Part shown: positions 19,384 through 27,061 of the stretch, piece by piece
How positions within the stretch are numbered: position 1 is the first letter of the stretch
Layout: each line of letters starts with the position of its first letter
Source: a virus
Lineage: Duplodnaviria > Caudoviricetes
IMG/VR virus record: IMGVR_UViG_3300002307_000005
Location: 1-56,822 of that record
Length of the DNA stretch: 56,822 nucleotides
Reading direction: 5' to 3' (one strand)
Notes under the pieces: model-generated
Seen by the model: the letters and a program-made list of their open reading frames with translations, nothing else
The model's database searches: none
What the model was told of the DNA's origin: nothing
Position numbers and translations under genes: made by a program

Positions 19384-19584
19384 ATGACATTGACCGAATA
19401 CTTCAGCACCGAACCCAGAGGAGCCAAATCCGAAATGGCAGAACACTTGGGCATCACCCCCACATGGCTTTCACTGGTCATGAAGGGTGATCGTCAGGCG
19501 TCTGCCAACCTGTGCGCTCGTATCGAGAAAGCCACAGGCGGCTTGGTCACACGGGTGGAGTTGCGCCCAGATTTATTCGCGTGA
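19384..19584 (+). CDS. Cro/YdaS-like HTH transcriptional regulator
   Basis: AEHLGITPTWLS HTH; IEKATGGLVTRVELRPDLF family signature. Confidence 0.85.
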   Translation: MTLTEYFSTEPRGAKSEMAEHLGITPTWLSLVMKGDRQASANLCARIEKATGGLVTRVELRPDLFA

Positions 19585-19590
19585 TATAGT
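19561..19590 (+). promoter_or_regulatory. Promoter for C4-like RNA / parB-helicase-primase operon
   Basis: TTGCGC-N18-TATAGT with TG extension. Confidence 0.55.
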
Positions 19591-19621
19591 TTCGACATCG
19601 CTTGGCGGCGATTTTTTGGGT

Positions 19622-19700
19622 AAACCGAGGCCGGAATCCTGACAGTACCCACTGTTCCGCCAACACCGCAAGGTGAGGATTCCGACCTCGGTTTTTTTTT
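19622..19700 (+). ncRNA. C4-like antisense RNA / attenuator
   Basis: Long closing stem; hairpins GACAGT/ACTGTT and CACC-GCAA-GGTG; unpaired CCGCCAA complementary to TTGGCGG at 19602-19608; U-tract. Confidence 0.75.
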
Positions 19701-19710
19701 GGAGAACGAC

Positions 19711-20523
19711 ATGACAAGAATGGTGAGACTGGATCAAATCCGCCTTGATGGTGGCACTCAGTTCCGAGACCAAATTGACCAGCACAAGGTCAAAGAGTAC
19801 GCCGACTGCATGCGTGATGGCGCAGAGTTTCCTGCGGTGCAATGCACCTTTGATGGCGTGAACTACTGGCTGTGGGATGGCTTCCACCGCTACTTTGCAA
19901 GCCAAGCCGTGGGCTTCAAAGAGGTGAACGTGGTGTACAAGCCCGGAACTCAAGAGGATGCACAAGACTTGGCCTTGAGCGCCAACGGCAAACACGGCCT
20001 GCCGCGCAACGTGGCCACCCGCCGCAAGCAAGTCGAGACCGCCCTAAGCATGGAGCGCCATGCAGGCAAGTCCGACCGCGAGATTGCCAAGCTGTGCGAT
20101 GTGTCTCACACCTTTGTGGCCAGCATCCGCAACCCCGAGGCCAAGGAAAAGCAAGCCAAGAACCGCGATGCGTCCGCAGCCAAGAAAGTGGAGTCGGACT
20201 CCACCCTGAAGCCCGGTGACGTTGTGCCCACGCAACAAGTGGAGTCGGACTCCACTGACCCCAAGCCATCCATGACGCAGGACTACGGCCCAGACGCTGA
20301 AGAACTGAAAGCGATGGAGTTAGCAGAGCAGGCTGACCGCGAAATGCTGAACAAGATGTTGGAGTCCGACGATGCCTTGGCCACAGCCCACGCCGAGGTC
20401 AAGCGTCTGAACTTCCTGAACGCTCAGATGGAGGTGCGAATCGCTGCCTTGATGAACGAAAAGAACGCTGCCGTGAAGCAGATCAAAACCCTCGAGAGCC
20501 AACTGAAGAAAGCCAAAAAATGA
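19711..20523 (+). CDS. ParB-like N-terminal (CTPase) domain + HTH + coiled-coil protein
   Basis: DGFHRYFA fits GxxRxxA; AN..HG; HTH SDREIAKLCDVSHTFVASIR; GGAG RBS. Confidence 0.8.
   Translation: MTRMVRLDQIRLDGGTQFRDQIDQHKVKEYADCMRDGAEFPAVQCTFDGVNYWLWDGFHRYFASQAVGFKEVNVVYKPGTQEDAQDLALSANGKHGLPRNVATRRKQVETALSMERHAGKSDREIAKLCDVSHTFVASIRNPEAKEKQAKNRDASAAKKVESDSTLKPGDVVPTQQVESDSTDPKPSMTQDYGPDAEELKAMELAEQADREMLNKMLESDDALATAHAEVKRLNFLNAQMEVRIAALMNEKNAAVKQIKTLESQLKKAKK
20188..20204. repeat. 17-bp palindrome copy 2 (GTGGAGTCGGACTCCAC)
   Basis: Inside parB-like gene, encodes VESDST. Confidence 0.95.
20239..20255. repeat. 17-bp palindrome copy 3
   Basis: 51 bp after copy 2, encodes VESDST again. Confidence 0.95.
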
Positions 20524-22049
20524 CCGAAGTCCTAGCACAGCGAGTGTGTGATGATGGATCAACATTCCCACCACCACGCCCCTTCCAACTTGATGCCCAC
20601 GCACAACTGCGTCAGGGCTTCAAAGCTGGCCACAAGAACCAACTGATCATGGCCCCCACCGGGGCTGGCAAGACCTACCTTGGCCTGCGCATCTGCAACG
20701 AAGCGATGCAAAAGGGCAAGCGTGCTGTGTTCCTGTGTGACCGCACCACGCTGATCAACCAAACCTCTGCTGCGGCTGACGGGTACGGCCTCAGAGACCA
20801 TGGCGTGATCCAAGCCCAACACTGGCGTCGTCAACCCGAGCACCTGCTGCAGATTGCATCGGCCCAGACCATCGCCAAGCGTGAATACTGGCCGCAGTTG
20901 GACGTGCTGGTGGTTGACGAGGCTCACACGCAACTGAAGGTCTGGACTGAGTTTGCGCAGAAGACAGAGGCGGCTGTGATCGGCCTGTCTGCCACTCCGT
21001 TCTCCGTGGGTCTGGGAAAGATTTTCACGAACCTGATCAACGCCACCACCATGCATGACTTGACCGAGTCTGGTGTGCTGGTGCCCATGCGGATTTTCTC
21101 TTGCACCAAGCCCGACATGGCAGGCGCTGCCACTGCTGGTGGTGAGTGGACTGACAAGGCCGCAGAAGAGCGCGGTATGGACATCGTGGGGGACGTAGTC
21201 ACTGAGTGGCTGAAGTTTGCCGAGAACCGCAAGACCATCGTGTTTGGTGCCACCATCAAGCACTGTGAAGAGTTGGCCCAGCAGTTCATCAGCCAAGGCG
21301 TCATGGCCGCTGTATTCACGTCTGAGACCACCGCCAAGGAGCGTGAAGCCCTGTTACAGGACTACCGCCGCCCTGACAGCTTCATCCGTGTGCTGATCAG
21401 CGTGGAGGCCTTGGCCAAGGGTTTTGACGTGCCCGACGTTGGCTGCGTGTGTGATGCACGCCCACTGCGCAAGTCGCTGTCCACCGCCATCCAGATGTGG
21501 GGCCGTGGCCTGCGCTCGTCACCACAGACTGGCAAGACCGACTGCTACTTGCTGGACTTCAGCGGCAACATCATTCGCTTCGCTGAAGACTTCACCGAGG
21601 TGTTCTTCAACGGTCTGGAGTCACTGGACTCGGGCGACAAGCTGGACAAAAAAATCCGCAAGGACGAAGAGGTCGAGTTGAAGGGTTGCCCCAAGTGCGG
21701 CTACAAGCCATTCAGTAAGCGTTGCATGGCGTGCGGGTTTGAGCATGTGAGCCAGAGCACGTCTGCAGCACTGCCCGGTCAGATGCAGGAAATCACGATT
21801 GGTGAGGGCAAGAACAAAAAAGTTCTGGCACCAAACGCCGAGAATTTATGGCACCAGTGCGTGGCCTACGCAAAGCACCACAGCGCCCCTGAAAAGCAAC
21901 AGGGCAGGGCTTACCACCTTTTCAAGAAAATCACTGGCCAAGACCCCATGTGGCGCTTCACAACGGCACCCAGTGTTGAAATCACGCGCAACGTGTACAA
22001 CAAGATCACGCAACTCAACATGGCGTACAAGAAGGGGCTGCAAAAATGA
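20520..22049 (+). CDS. Superfamily 2 DEAD/DEAH-like helicase with C-terminal Zn finger
   Basis: APTGAGKT, DEAH, GLSATP, GFD.P, QMWGRGLR, CPKC..CMAC. Confidence 0.9.
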   Translation: MTEVLAQRVCDDGSTFPPPRPFQLDAHAQLRQGFKAGHKNQLIMAPTGAGKTYLGLRICNEAMQKGKRAVFLCDRTTLINQTSAAADGYGLRDHGVIQAQHWRRQPEHLLQIASAQTIAKREYWPQLDVLVVDEAHTQLKVWTEFAQKTEAAVIGLSATPFSVGLGKIFTNLINATTMHDLTESGVLVPMRIFSCTKPDMAGAATAGGEWTDKAAEERGMDIVGDVVTEWLKFAENRKTIVFGATIKHCEELAQQFISQGVMAAVFTSETTAKEREALLQDYRRPDSFIRVLISVEALAKGFDVPDVGCVCDARPLRKSLSTAIQMWGRGLRSSPQTGKTDCYLLDFSGNIIRFAEDFTEVFFNGLESLDSGDKLDKKIRKDEEVELKGCPKCGYKPFSKRCMACGFEHVSQSTSAALPGQMQEITIGEGKNKKVLAPNAENLWHQCVAYAKHHSAPEKQQGRAYHLFKKITGQDPMWRFTTAPSVEITRNVYNKITQLNMAYKKGLQK

Positions 22050-22945
22050 CCACCTTCATTGACTTTGCACGCGCACACGGGGTGGACATCGACCCCGGCA
22101 AGCTGTACGCCTCCGACAAGATTCGCCGCACTGGCACCGTCGACAAACCACGCTCGGGCAACGGCGCGTACTACTGGGATGGCCAGCGCGGCTGGGTGTT
22201 CGATTGGTCTGGCGAGGCACGCACGATCTGGTACGAAGACCCCAACGCCAAGCCATGGACGCTGCAGGAGAAGCAGGACTGGATGCTCAAGCGCCAGACT
22301 GCTGCCGCGCAGAAGGATCGCTCCTACGACATCGCGGCACAGAAGGCCGACATCACCTTGCGTTCTGCCAAGATGGCCGCGCACGACTACCTGCACCTCA
22401 AGGGCTTTCCTGACGAAAAAGGCTTGGTGCTGGACGGTGAGTTGCTGGTGCCCATGCGCAACGTCGTGACCAACAAGCTGCAGGGCTACCAGAAGATTTT
22501 CTGGGACATGGACGAGCGCAAGTGGGAGAAGAAGATGCTCCCCGGCATGCGTGCCAAGAACGCCGTGCTGTTCATGGGCGACAGAAGGGCCGAGGAGGCG
22601 TGGTTGGTCGAAGGGTATGCCACAGGCCTATCCGTTCACGCCGCGCTGCGCAGCGTGGGTTCTGGTGCGTCTGTGGTGGTGTGCTTCAGTGCATCGAACA
22701 TGATTCAGGTGGCAGACCAGATTCCCGGCAAGCGGTTCATCTTTGCCGACAACGATCCATCCAAGAAGCATCCAGACACTGGCGCAGAAGTCGGAATGAC
22801 TGGCGAAAGGTCAGCCATCCAGACTGGCCTGCCTTGGACGATGGCCGATACTGTAGGATGGGACGCCAATGACCTTCATAAAGCCGCTGGACTGTTTTCG
22901 GTGGTGAAGTGCATCATGGGAGCAAAGCATGCATTACAACAATAA
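22046..22945 (+). CDS. TOPRIM-domain DNA primase
   Basis: EGYATGLS, FADND and DAND motifs. Confidence 0.85.
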   Translation: MTTFIDFARAHGVDIDPGKLYASDKIRRTGTVDKPRSGNGAYYWDGQRGWVFDWSGEARTIWYEDPNAKPWTLQEKQDWMLKRQTAAAQKDRSYDIAAQKADITLRSAKMAAHDYLHLKGFPDEKGLVLDGELLVPMRNVVTNKLQGYQKIFWDMDERKWEKKMLPGMRAKNAVLFMGDRRAEEAWLVEGYATGLSVHAALRSVGSGASVVVCFSASNMIQVADQIPGKRFIFADNDPSKKHPDTGAEVGMTGERSAIQTGLPWTMADTVGWDANDLHKAAGLFSVVKCIMGAKHALQQ

Positions 22946-23165
22946 ATACGAGCGGAACCAACTGATCTATGATCATCACGTTCATTTGGGTCGGACGATG
23001 AGAAGCCTTGCGGAAGAGTTTGGTGTGGGCCAACAACGAATTTCGCAAATCGTCGCCAAGGAGAGACGGAAAATTGTTCGCACACCTCCAAACTATGTCC
23101 TGAAAGAACTTTTGCCTTTGAAAAGTTTTTTGGTGGAATTGGCGGAAATGCCAGTAGAATCCTGA
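22929..23165 (+). CDS. Small HTH protein
   Basis: ERN..IY...RTMRSLAEEFGVGQQRISQIV HTH pattern. Confidence 0.6.
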   Translation: MHYNNKYERNQLIYDHHVHLGRTMRSLAEEFGVGQQRISQIVAKERRKIVRTPPNYVLKELLPLKSFLVELAEMPVES

Positions 23166-23370
23166 CCCTTCTGGAAGGTCGTGCTGGTGGACTGAAAACA
23201 CCAGCGCCAACACGCATGGGGTCTGTGCCGAGTTGCACAAAACGCTTGAGTCTCCTAGGAACGACGAATAGCGGAACAGACCCCAGTCGTGTTGGTGGTT
23301 AAGCGAAGGGACGCCAGCCGATTGGGGCTGGAGGGTCACGCAGGATCGGGGGTTCTCGGTCGCCACCAAC

Positions 23371-23427
23371 AACCAACACGGCTGACGAGGCGTGATGCGC
23401 CGAAACACGAAAGTGTCCCGTGGAGTT
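23371..23427 (+). ncRNA. Type I hammerhead ribozyme
   Basis: Stem I CACGG/CCGTG; core CTGACGA; stem II GGCGT-GAT-GCGCC; GAAA; stem III CAC-GAAA-GTG; GUC cleavage triplet ending at 23417. Confidence 0.88.
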
Positions 23428-23604
23428 TCCCATGCGGGGGAATAACTGGAAACCTTAGCGGTTCAAACCTAAGAACCTTCGCAAGAGGGCGTTTAGGCCG
23501 TGGGTGTGCAACGAACCGTGACTGCACACATCTTGCCCCGCAACTTTTCCGTGTATACTCCGCCCATCATGAAATCCCAAGTGATCACCCCCCGACCGAC
23601 TGAG

Positions 23605-23680
23605 CAGTGTGTAGCTCAGATGGTAGAGCGCGTGCTTTGGGAGCATGAGGTCGCAGGTTCGATCCCTGTCACACTGACCA
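23605..23680 (+). tRNA. tRNA-Pro(UGG)
   Basis: Cloverleaf, acceptor CAGTGTG/CACACTG, anticodon TGG, CCA end. Confidence 0.92.
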
Positions 23681-23733
23681 ATTCAAATTGCCGATCCAAT
23701 AATTCAACGACGAATTATTGATCCCCGTTTCGC

Positions 23734-23820
23734 GGGGATGCGGCGCAGAAGGTGTGGCGCAGCAGACTGTAAATCTGCCGCTCAAAAGGCAAGTTGGTTC
23801 AAATCCAGCCATCCCCACCA
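23734..23820 (+). tRNA. tRNA-Tyr(GUA)
   Basis: GGGGATG/CATCCCC, GCAGA-CTGTAAA-TCTGC, long variable region, CCA. Confidence 0.88.
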
Positions 23821-23844
23821 AACCTTCAATCCCCCAAAGTTTTT

Positions 23845-23922
23845 TGTGTACGAGCACGCATGGTGTGTGCGCTCCGCTGTTAACGGAGAATGAGCTTGGT
23901 TCGATCCCAAGGTACACAGCCA
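23845..23922 (+). tRNA. tRNA-Asn(GUU)
   Basis: TGTGTAC/GTACACA, CTCCG-CTGTTAA-CGGAG, G73, CCA. Confidence 0.85.
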
Positions 23923-23927
23923 GTTGT

Positions 23928-24001
23928 ATCTCGCTCGTCCAATGGCAGGACTCTGGATTCCAAATCCAGCTATGGTGGTTCGAGTCCATCGCGGGATGCC
24001 A
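23928..24001 (+). tRNA. tRNA-Trp(CCA)
   Basis: ATCTCGC/GCGGGAT, CTGGA-TTCCAAA-TCCAG, CCA. Confidence 0.88.
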
Positions 24002-24002
24002 A

Positions 24003-24079
24003 GCCCTCGTAGCTCAGTTGGTAGAGCACCTGTTTTGTACTCAGGAGGCCGGGCGTTCGATTCGACCCCGAGGGCACCA
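24003..24079 (+). tRNA. tRNA-Thr(UGU)
   Basis: GCCCTCG/CGAGGGC, anticodon loop TTTGTAC, CCA; bulge in T-stem. Confidence 0.8.
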
Positions 24080-24088
24080 AAAAAAATG

Positions 24089-24119
24089 TTGACACACCAA
24101 GACCAGTTGCGCTTATAAT
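24089..24119 (+). promoter_or_regulatory. Sigma70-type promoter
   Basis: TTGACA-N19-TATAAT with upstream A-tract; spacer longer than optimal. Confidence 0.55.
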
Positions 24120-24153
24120 TCGCCCAGCTAGGCGTGGAAGCCGATGCGAAGCG

Positions 24154-24250
24154 AAAGCCGTTAAGTCAAACTCCGACCCCTTTGGGGTGGCGGGTCAGCC
24201 TAAAAAACTGATGCGTTCTTCCACCGGGGTTTGTCTTAACGGTTTTTTTT
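24154..24250 (+). ncRNA. Second C4-like antisense RNA / attenuator
   Basis: ~22-bp closing stem AAAGCCGTTAAGTCAAACTCCG/CGGGGTTTGTCTTAACGGTTTT; two internal hairpins; CTTCCAC complementary to GTGGAAG at 24134-24140; U-tract. Confidence 0.6.
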
Positions 24251-24651
24251 CGTCTGTACTTTCACATCCAGCTATGCCTCAGACGTTTTGGTGACTACGA
24301 ACGTTTTGATCTGAGGCGAGAGCCGTAAAAACTGTCGATGCGGCAAGCGCGGGTGGGGAAGCGCTGATTGTTGAGTAAACCGCCAGAACGGAACCGGGTC
24401 TAGAGATTAGGGTGCTCCGGGGCAACGGCAACAATCAGGTCGAGCTTGGTCAGTGCGCTAAGAAGGGGTCTCACAATGGGCCTAAATGTCTGACAGCCAC
24501 GGCGGAACATTGAGAGATGACCGTGGCCAATGATTGCGACGAATACGACCGACGTGATATTGATCTTCAGCCAACCCCGACTCTTCGGGCTAGGGGTGGG
24601 CTGTGTCCAGAATGCTCCTTCCACTCCCTCCGTGATAAACAGGAACTCAGA

Positions 24652-25119
24652 ATGTCAGAAGTAAAAAACTTGTCTCAAAGTCAGGACTGGCAAAGTGCAA
24701 CCCCAAAGCAAAGGTTGGATTTCGTTGTCAAGGCAAGGTCTGACACAAAAGATCGTCGTCAATCCGAGAAGGCGGAAAAAGAACGGCTGAAGGTTTTGGC
24801 CAAGCAGCAAAAGCCTAAAAAGAAGCGTGCCGTCAGGAGAGCCAGAACCACCAATTTACCCAGCACGCCAAGCGTCACATCCAAAGCATTTCTGGAGTCG
24901 TTTGAGTGGCGTCGATTGCGCATGCAGGCGCTCAAGAAGTACAGCCCACGGTGCATGTGCTGCGGTGCAACGCCACAGGATGGCGCAGTCATGAATGTGG
25001 ATCACATCAAGCCACGCAAATTGTTTCCCGATCTGGCGCTGGACATCAACAACTTACAGATTTTGTGCCATGAGTGCAACCACGGCAAAGGCAACTGGGA
25101 TCAAACCGATTGGCGTTAA
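24652..25119 (+). CDS. HNH endonuclease
   Basis: CMCCG...VDHIKP...NLQILCHECNHGKGN. Confidence 0.85.
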   Translation: MSEVKNLSQSQDWQSATPKQRLDFVVKARSDTKDRRQSEKAEKERLKVLAKQQKPKKKRAVRRARTTNLPSTPSVTSKAFLESFEWRRLRMQALKKYSPRCMCCGATPQDGAVMNVDHIKPRKLFPDLALDINNLQILCHECNHGKGNWDQTDWR

Positions 25120-25158
25120 CGATGGGCACGCCGCGACCCCAAAAAAATTTCCCCCAAA

Positions 25159-25179
25159 CTTTAATTTCATGTTAGAATT
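25159..25179 (+). promoter_or_regulatory. Repeated promoter motif copy
   Basis: CTTTAATTTCATGTTAGAATT; extended -10 TGtTAGAAT. Confidence 0.7.
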
Positions 25180-25218
25180 ACATCACCACGACGTTGTGGG
25201 TATTACCGGAGAGTCAGC

Positions 25219-25452
25219 ATGAAACACACATTGCGCCAGCAGTTCGATATTCAACTGGATCAAGCTCAACGCACCGCCAATTTCAAAGGCATAAATTTGG
25301 ATTTGGTCATGGTCAAGTACAAAGGCTACGCCACGCGCATCAGCGTACTTGGAAACGCAATCAGCCGTGCCGCATACGAATGCTGGAGAAATGACGGCAG
25401 CAATGTTCGCCTGTTGCGAGTTGTCGGCCCATCAAAAAAGGTGGCAGCATGA
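25219..25452 (+). CDS. Hypothetical protein
   Basis: GGAG RBS after promoter motif. Confidence 0.6.
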   Translation: MKHTLRQQFDIQLDQAQRTANFKGINLDLVMVKYKGYATRISVLGNAISRAAYECWRNDGSNVRLLRVVGPSKKVAA

Positions 25453-25664
25453 AATTCGACCCAGACCGCTACTACATCTTTGACTGCAACGGCAAGCTGA
25501 TCGGCAACCCGTTCGGCTACAAGACACACAGCATCGCATCGGCACAGACCCACCGCCGTGGCTACACGGTCTACGAAGCCATCTGGCGTGCCTTCCGCGA
25601 AGCACGTCACGCAAACCCCGAATTCAAGCTGGTCAACATGATCAAACAAGGAGCCGTGATATGA
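25449..25664 (+). CDS. Hypothetical protein
   Basis: ATGA-coupled ORF. Confidence 0.6.
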   Translation: MKFDPDRYYIFDCNGKLIGNPFGYKTHSIASAQTHRRGYTVYEAIWRAFREARHANPEFKLVNMIKQGAVI

Positions 25665-25834
25665 ACGACAAACCAATCAGAAGTTTTGGCAACGCACCCA
25701 TCAAGATGGAGGGTGGCATTGCTGACCCAGACGAGTTCAACTGGAAGTGCGATTGCGCCAAGTGCGAGAAAAAATATCAGGATTGGAAGGCCGACTACGA
25801 TGCGCAGCAAGCTGCACTGCGAGGTGAAAAATGA
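25661..25834 (+). CDS. Hypothetical protein (57 aa, CxCxxC)
   Basis: ATGA coupling at both ends; AGGAG RBS. Confidence 0.6.
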   Translation: MNDKPIRSFGNAPIKMEGGIADPDEFNWKCDCAKCEKKYQDWKADYDAQQAALRGEK

Positions 25835-26058
25835 GCCGCACAGTCAGCGTGAACGCATGGATCGACATCGACGTTGATCTTGAAAAAATCGAAACCGACG
25901 ACTTGATTGATGAACTCAAGTCGCGCAACGTCGATATTCCTGATGGCGACCCCAATGATGTGACGGAAATGTTCTACGCCTTCAAGCTGGGCCGCACCGA
26001 ACGCGCCATGGAGTTGGCCAAGAAGATCGCACAAGACCACACCGGGAGAATCCTGTGA
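25831..26058 (+). CDS. Hypothetical protein
   Basis: ATGA-coupled acidic ORF. Confidence 0.6.
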   Translation: MSRTVSVNAWIDIDVDLEKIETDDLIDELKSRNVDIPDGDPNDVTEMFYAFKLGRTERAMELAKKIAQDHTGRIL

Positions 26059-26516
26059 AGCGCCAGTTGACCTACAGCACCATGGATGTTCTCATGGCCA
26101 GCCCAGACCATCCAACGCCCGAGCCAAAGCGCCGACACCAACTTACACGCATGTGGAATGGCCTTCGCGCACTGGAGCAAGACGACAACCCAACGCTGGA
26201 AGACTGGAAGGTCGTATCAGACGCCGTGAACATGATGGAGACCTTCATCCTCATGGATGTGGTGGAAGACACCGACAACGCCATTGAGGACGCCATGGAA
26301 GCCCTCAGGGACGCAGGGAACCGCAGCAAGGCAGGCTACCCCTTGCGACTGAGCGGTAAGGGCATCCAGACCGTCCGTGGCCTGTTGGAAGACTACCGCG
26401 ACGTGATCGAGCAGATTTCCGAGCGCACGCTGATTGCAGCACACCGCAAGACCGAAAAACGCATCCATGAAATTTTGGATGGCAAACCACAACCACATGA
26501 TGTGAGGTTCGTATGA
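26055..26516 (+). CDS. Hypothetical protein
   Basis: 153 aa, GTGA coupling. Confidence 0.65.
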   Translation: MKRQLTYSTMDVLMASPDHPTPEPKRRHQLTRMWNGLRALEQDDNPTLEDWKVVSDAVNMMETFILMDVVEDTDNAIEDAMEALRDAGNRSKAGYPLRLSGKGIQTVRGLLEDYRDVIEQISERTLIAAHRKTEKRIHEILDGKPQPHDVRFV

Positions 26517-27061
26517 CAAAGATACTGATTGACGAAGCCACGGTGAAGCTGGCGCTGTAGTACGTTGAATCAGTTCCCGATGACAGAGACAACGTCGGGC
26601 ATATTGATCGACGTGCTTTGATTGCTTCCTTGCAAGCACTGGCAGAGCAGCCAGCACAACAGGAGCATGAGCCTGATGGCCCGTGGTTTCGGCATCGAGT
26701 CCGGGTCCATTTGGCAAACCGCAACTTCTATTCACACCGTGAGTTTTGCGAGAAGCTGGAAGTCCTGTTGCATGAAACTCCGCAGCCAGCACAGCAAGAG
26801 CCTGTGGCGTGGCGCGTGAGATTTCACTACGGCACGGGTGGTATGGCGAAACGAATTGGTGATTGGAAACTCTACCACTATTCACCGACTCCAGAGAAAG
26901 ACAAGGAAGTCGAGCCCCTCCACACATCCCCACCAGCACAGCGCACATGGATTGGTCTGGAGAAAAAAGACAAAAACGAAATTATCCGAATGACTGAGCG
27001 CGATGATCGTGGCTACGTGATGGCCTTGGTCGAAGCAAAACTCAAGGAGAAGAACACATGA
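26513..27061 (+). pseudogene. Modular 'EPVA...KEKNT' family gene interrupted by in-frame TAG at codon 16
   Basis: ATG 26513 MTKILIDEATVKLAL, TAG 26558-26560, then YVESV... in frame with ORF 26618-27061. Confidence 0.6.

Noticed and set aside
20188-20255. Mini CRISPR array from paired palindromes (also 37520-37570)
   Set aside because: Only two 17-bp units per locus, gaps of 34 and 17 bp, one pair in-frame in a CDS, and no cas operon; the PD-(D/E)xK nuclease sits with an SSB as a recombination gene.
20360-20370. Partial palindrome matches (TGGAGTCCGAC here; GTGGAGTC at 7739; CCGACTCCA near 26885 and 48208)
   Set aside because: Half-sites only; short enough to arise by chance.
19711-20523. 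Classical ParABS plasmid-prophage partition system
   Set aside because: No Walker-type ParA ATPase found in the closed genome; the only clear P-loops belong to the helicase and TerL.
23440-23495. Twister or pistol ribozyme downstream of the hammerhead
   Set aside because: Only superficial similarity (TAAC...GGTTCAAAC); I could not build the required pseudoknots.
26558-26560. Genome-wide TAG recoding
   Set aside because: Only one interrupted gene noticed, long genes are open in the standard code, no CUA-anticodon tRNA, and TAG ends gene 28557-28829.
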